NCBI GenBank assembly: GCA_964016885.1
Contig: OZ024742.1
Coordinates: 119,784,001-119,848,000 of the forward strand
Length of the DNA stretch: 64,000 bases
DNA from: Eledone cirrhosa
Lineage: Eukaryota
Direction of reading: 5' to 3'
The notes under the pieces are model-generated. The model ran no database searches. It saw nothing but the letters and a program-made list of their open reading frames with translations, and was not told the DNA's origin. Position 1 is the stretch's first letter; each line of letters starts with the position of its first letter. Both the position numbers and the translations under genes were made by a program. Positions 58,845-64,000 of this stretch are shown here, in pieces.

Positions 58845-59050
58845 GTATGTCCTCATATCTACACAACATTTTCTTTTCAATGTGCATTCAAAACTTTAAA
58901 ATTAACCTTCTCAGTAACAGGATAAGTGTTGCTTAAAATTTTATTAATTATCTTTAAAAATATTTAAACCATACATGTTCTTTGGTTATGGTAATTTCAA
59001 TATTAAAAGCAAAGTATTTCAAATCATACTAAAGATTTTAATGTGTTCTT

Positions 59051-59279
59051 ATAACCCTTTAGTATTTACATTACTCTATATTTGCTATTGTATTTTCATG
59101 GTAAAGGCTTTACCTCACATAATTATCTCACATAATATCGAATCTATGAGATTTTCATGTTCTTTATTTTGGGAACAATATTTCAACGTCAGTATGAATG
59201 GCCAGTTACAGCCAGTTTGAACAGAAATAGGTGAGAGAATTCTGATCGGATATGGCCAGTTTAAATGCTAAAGGGTTAA
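59051..59279 (-). mobile_element. piggyBac-type MITE, copy 1
   Basis: aTAAccctttagta...tgctaaagggTTAA terminal repeats and target site. Strand is relative to copy 2. Confidence 0.85.
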
Positions 59280-59460
59280 AGGAAAAGATCAAATGTCTTA
59301 CAAACTGCTTCATTTTCATATTAGTTACAAGGACTAATATTTTCAACTCTACCTTGGAACTTATAACTCATCCCTTTTGATAGCTTGGCAGCATACATTA
59401 CATATAACAGTATGTAAAAACTGAATTATATTAAATATAACATTTAATGATTTAGGAACA

Positions 59461-59689
59461 TTAACCCTTTAGCACTTAAACAGGCCATATCCGATCAGAA
59501 TTCTCTCACCTCTTTCTGTTCAAACCAGCTGTAACTGGCCACACATACTGATGTTAAGGTATTGTTCTCAAAATAAATAACATCAAAATCACGTAGATTC
59601 AATATTATGTGAGATAATTATGTGAGGTAAAGCCTTTACCACAAAATTACAATAGTATATATAGAGTAATATAAATGCTAAAGGGTTAA
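59461..59689 (+). mobile_element. piggyBac-type MITE, copy 2 (inverted relative to copy 1)
   Basis: TTAAccctttagca...tgctaaagggTTAA; body is the diverged reverse complement of 59051-59279. Confidence 0.88.
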
Positions 59690-60074
59690 ATAATAGATGA
59701 GCTTTCTGGTTACAATGAAATAAATACTGAGTATTAGTTTCTCAGAAAATTTCCACAGTAAGAAACCAAACAATTCAATCTGTCTCCTACATGAAGTCAT
59801 AACTATAAATTATGGAACACATTACTAATAGTCTTGCAAAATATTGGACTACATCTGACTTCAAAGCTAAATTGAAAAGCCCCACCAAAAAAACATTCCT
59901 TTCCTTCAATTCACCACTGTTTTCCTAATATACTCCTAATATCTTTTTGTATATAGTATATATATTGATCAGTAAGCTGTTACCAATAAATGTTTTATTA
60001 TCATGATCAAGTCATGAGTTAAATAGAAATGTCATTGATTTGATATTATTTAATTAAATGTTAGTATCTTCTCT

Positions 60075-60820
60075 TCTTCACCCACTTATTCCTGTGAGGA
60101 TCGTGAGGGCTGAGTCCTCAAACACTCCTTCCAGTGGGGCCTGTCAGAAGCAACTGTCTCCAACTAGTCCAGCTAGACCCCCAAGCGAGACCAACCATCT
60201 TACTTGGGGTCTACTCCTAGGTCTCAAGCTGGTTGGTTTTGCCCATAAAATCTGTCCAACAATTCTTTCCTAAGACATTCTAACCACATGCCCATAATAT
60301 CAGAGCTATATTCTCTTAATTCGGAGAAAGAACAGCTCTACATGGAGTGAATCTCTGATCTCCAAGCTCTATCAAGTAATGTTACTCCAAAGACCCTTCA
60401 GAGGAATCCCATTTTGGCTGCTTGTATTCGTGATTATTTAAGATTCATGACCATGGGTAAGGATTGGCAGGAATACTGAATTGAAGATAACAAGTTTGGC
60501 TTTTACACTTACCTCCCTTCTTCTGATTACTAAATGCTGAAGCTGGAGCATTACTGCACCAGCTCCTGCAATTCTTGCATTTAATTCAGCCTCCTGCCTT
60601 CCATCACTCGTGAACACAGTAACAAGAAACTAGAACTTCTCTACCTGCTTCAATGGAACTCCATTCATATGTAGAGTGCACTGCGCTGACTTTCTTGAGA
60701 GAAAAATTGTCTCAGTTTTCGCAGCACTGATTTTTATTCCAGCCATGCAGCACTCGGCATCAAACCTATCGAGTGCAAGTCAGAGATGACCTTCTGTAGA
60801 GTTAAGTAATACCATGTTGT
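60075..60820 (-). mobile_element. degenerate RTE-clade LINE 3' fragment
   Basis: Minus strand QVEKF*FL..VFTSDGRQEAELNARIAGA, typical of the RTE ORF2 C-terminal region. 3' end shared with 2200-2478. Confidence 0.75.
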
Positions 60821-61320
60821 CCAATCTGTGTAGTTATCATTAGGAATGGCATCCAGCTGTAGAAATAATACGAAACAAAGGGTTGAGAAGACTCTTCAGT
60901 TATGTCAAGGATATGGGAACTTTCCTAGTGTTGGTGCTACAATAAAAGGCAGCCAGTACACTATGTAATGTGTTAGGCATTAGGAAGAGTATTCAGCTGT
61001 AGAAATCATGACAAAATTTTGTTTAGGAGGGTGGTAGCTCTGATTAAGCACTGATTTGGTCTGTAATCACCTGTCCAATGTATGCTAACATGAAAAAAAA
61101 AAATGAACATTAAGTGATGGTGATAATAATTATGTATATAAAGTAAGATAGTCTAATAAAGCATATTTCTTTCTAAAATTCAAGGTATAAATATATTCAT
61201 TTCCCAATTAAACTAATATCTTTCTTTTCAAACAAATCTGGAATACATCACACAGTTGAAAACACAACAAAACATTATAAAAACAACTGAGTAAAAATGT
61301 GTTCTGCTTCCTTTTTTCAG

Positions 61321-61395
61321 CTTGGGCCTCTCGGATATGCTTTTGCTATCAATCGAAATGGCTATGTTGTATTTCATCCAAATTTGAAAATTCCT
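61321..61395 (+). CDS. CACNA2D: alpha-2/delta local exon 9 (Cache): LGPLGYAFAINRNGYVVFHPNLKIP
   Basis: ttttttcAG acceptor, GTAAGT donor; 75 nt, phase 0-0. LG..GY.FAI..NGYV..HPNL Cache motif. Confidence 0.96.
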
Positions 61396-61649
61396 GTAAG
61401 TATTATATTCTAAAATATTTAAAATAAACATAAAATATACTCATATAAATGTATTGAAATAGTTATATGTGCAAAGATTCATAAATATTTATTTTCTATT
61501 TCTAACTCTATCTTATGATGAAGGACTAGTGTATGAAACATTAAGACTCTCTTCCTGCGATCTCAAGCATCAAACTAATATATTTCTTCCATGTACTGTG
61601 TCATTTGTTTTGTTGTTTTTATTATTACTTTTACGTACATACATATGTA

Positions 61650-61680
<31 letters not shown>

Positions 61681-61872
61681 GGAGTTTATCTAGCATTTTA
61701 AAGGGTCCGTCAAGCTACCGATTATAGAGTCGGGTAAGATCGATACAGATCCAACCTTGAGCTGATCAGTGGTGAAACGCGCGTCACCTACCAATAAATG
61801 TAATGAAGGAGTAAACCAATCATCCTTGTTATCCTTTCAATACATACATACATACATACATACATACATACA

Positions 61873-61904
<32 letters not shown>

Positions 61905-61905
<1 letters not shown>

Positions 61906-62304
61906 GGTGGCTGCCAACTCGTTTTCGAGTATGGCCACTACCTTATATCAAGTGGGAGAACTCCTACCGATGCGCTGAACGAGTGTGACTTTTTAGTCCA
62001 GCCAGCGACTTGAAAACTCTGGTACAAACACTACACTTGTGACAATTATTGACACATAGTGCTGGGCCCACGGTACCATGTGACGACAAGTGCAGAGAGA
62101 TCTCCAGATATAAAGCAATGCCTGTGCCGTGAAGCTTTTATAGTGAGCAAAGGCATTGCACAAAGCCAGTCCCACTCTCTTAACCAAGATGATATTTACC
62201 AAAAAGAAGAACAAGTCAACATCATTGGATACCATCAGGGTTGCAGGTGTTATATGAAGAGTTTTCCTTCTCCTAGAATTCTGCCTTGACAAAGGCTAAG
62301 GGGT

Positions 62305-62306
<2 letters not shown>
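61905..62306 (-). mobile_element. non-autonomous retroelement, copy 2 (truncated, inverted copy of 52890-53292)
   Basis: The ORF track gives near-identical peptides at 52961(+)/61993(-) and 52898(-)/62059(+). Confidence 0.8.
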
Positions 62307-62348
<42 letters not shown>

Positions 62349-62433
62349 CATATATATATACATATATATATATATATACATATATATATACATATATATA
62401 TACACATATATATATATATACATATATATATAC

Positions 62434-62466
<33 letters not shown>

Positions 62467-62496
62467 GACATATATATATATATATATGTATATATA

Positions 62497-62546
<50 letters not shown>

Positions 62547-62623
62547 CATATATACATATATATATATATACATGTATATATATATAGACATATATATATA
62601 TATATAGACATATATATATATAT

Positions 62624-62656
<33 letters not shown>

Positions 62657-62703
62657 TGTATATATATATACATATATATATATATATACACATATATATA
62701 TAC

Positions 62704-62734
<31 letters not shown>

Positions 62735-62831
62735 CATATACATATATATATATATACATATACATATATATATATATACATATACATATATATATATACA
62801 TATATATATACATATACATATATACATATAC

Positions 62832-62910
<79 letters not shown>

Positions 62911-62937
62911 ATCATATATATATATACACATATATAC

Positions 62938-62970
<33 letters not shown>
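62307..62970. repeat. (TA)n/(TACA)n microsatellite
   Basis: Seen directly in the sequence. Confidence 0.97.
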
Positions 62971-63663
62971 GATGTACAGGGAAATTAGAAAGTAGAAGTC
63001 GCATTGATAGACACATTTTTCAAATGCAGGAGGGCGCTATAGAAGTGGTTGATAGCTTCTGGTACCTAGGAGATCAGATTAGCATGGGAGGAGGGTGTTC
63101 CGAGGCCATAGTATCTAGAATAAGGACGGGTTGGAAGAAGTTTAGGGAGCTGCTTCCTCTGTTGACGAAGAAGGGTTTCTCCCTGCGTACGAAAGACCGG
63201 TTGTATGATGCCTGTGTGAGGAGCGCGATGCTGCATGGTAGTGAGACATGGGCAGCAACTGCAGAGGATATGCGACGGCTGGAGAGAAATGAGACAAGCA
63301 TGCTCCGTTGGATGTGCAGTGTAAATGTGCGTGAACGACCCAGCATAAATGTGTTGAGAGAGAAACTGTGTCTAAGAGGTATAGAATGTAGTGTACGGGA
63401 GAGGAGATTGAGGTGGTATGGACATGTGATGCACATGGAGGATGACCGATGGGTGAAGAAGTGCCAGGAATTGCCAGTTGAAGGAAGACGTGGTAGAGGT
63501 AGACCACGAAAAACATGGGCGGAGGTGGTGAGAACAGACCTCAGATCATTGAAGCTCACGGTAAAGATGACGAGGGACCGTGACGAGTGGAGAGATCCTG
63601 TGCTGAATAAGACCCGTCCCACCCTTGCAAGCAGGGAGAAGCGGACGTAAAATGATGATGATG

Positions 63664-63666
<3 letters not shown>
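62971..63666 (+). mobile_element. 5'-truncated RTE LINE with (GAT)n tail
   Basis: Open frame [22 protein letters not shown]...MLHGSETW...RRLRWYGHV...GRGRPRKTW; stop at 63650, then atgatgatg. Confidence 0.93.
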
Positions 63667-63751
<85 letters not shown>

Positions 63752-63758
63752 TATATAC

Positions 63759-63791
<33 letters not shown>

Positions 63792-63804
63792 CATATATAT
63801 ATAC

Positions 63805-63887
<83 letters not shown>

Positions 63888-63904
63888 TATATACATATAT
63901 ATAC

Positions 63905-64000
<96 letters not shown>
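63667..64000. repeat. (TA)n/(TACA)n microsatellite
   Basis: Seen directly in the sequence. Confidence 0.97.

Overview
AT-rich animal genomic DNA. The SINE/RTE repeat families and very long (TA)n tracts suggest a cephalopod (octopus-like); this is an inference. The window holds the middle of one + strand gene for a voltage-gated calcium channel alpha-2/delta subunit (CACNA2D family), running from the VWA domain into the Cache domains. None of its constitutive exons shows up correctly in the ORF track. Eight constitutive exons have GT-AG boundaries and compatible phases. Main finding: between exon 8526-8575 and exon 57865-57921 lie at least two, probably three, paralogous phase-0/phase-0 versions of one exon (12366-12449, 19424-19498, 30505-30588). 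They form a candidate mutually exclusive exon cassette that swaps the segment carrying the W-x-x-V-Y-x-D part of the amino-acid/gabapentinoid-binding dCache pocket. The introns contain an almost intact CR1-like LINE ORF2, RTE and CRE-like fragments, tRNA-derived SINEs, mariner/piggyBac/hAT derivatives, an LTR with a tRNA-Trp primer-binding site, a perfect ~280-bp-arm palindrome, a 53-bp minisatellite and about 9 kb of (TA)n-type microsatellite. Repeat boundaries are approximate. Exon numbers are local to this window.
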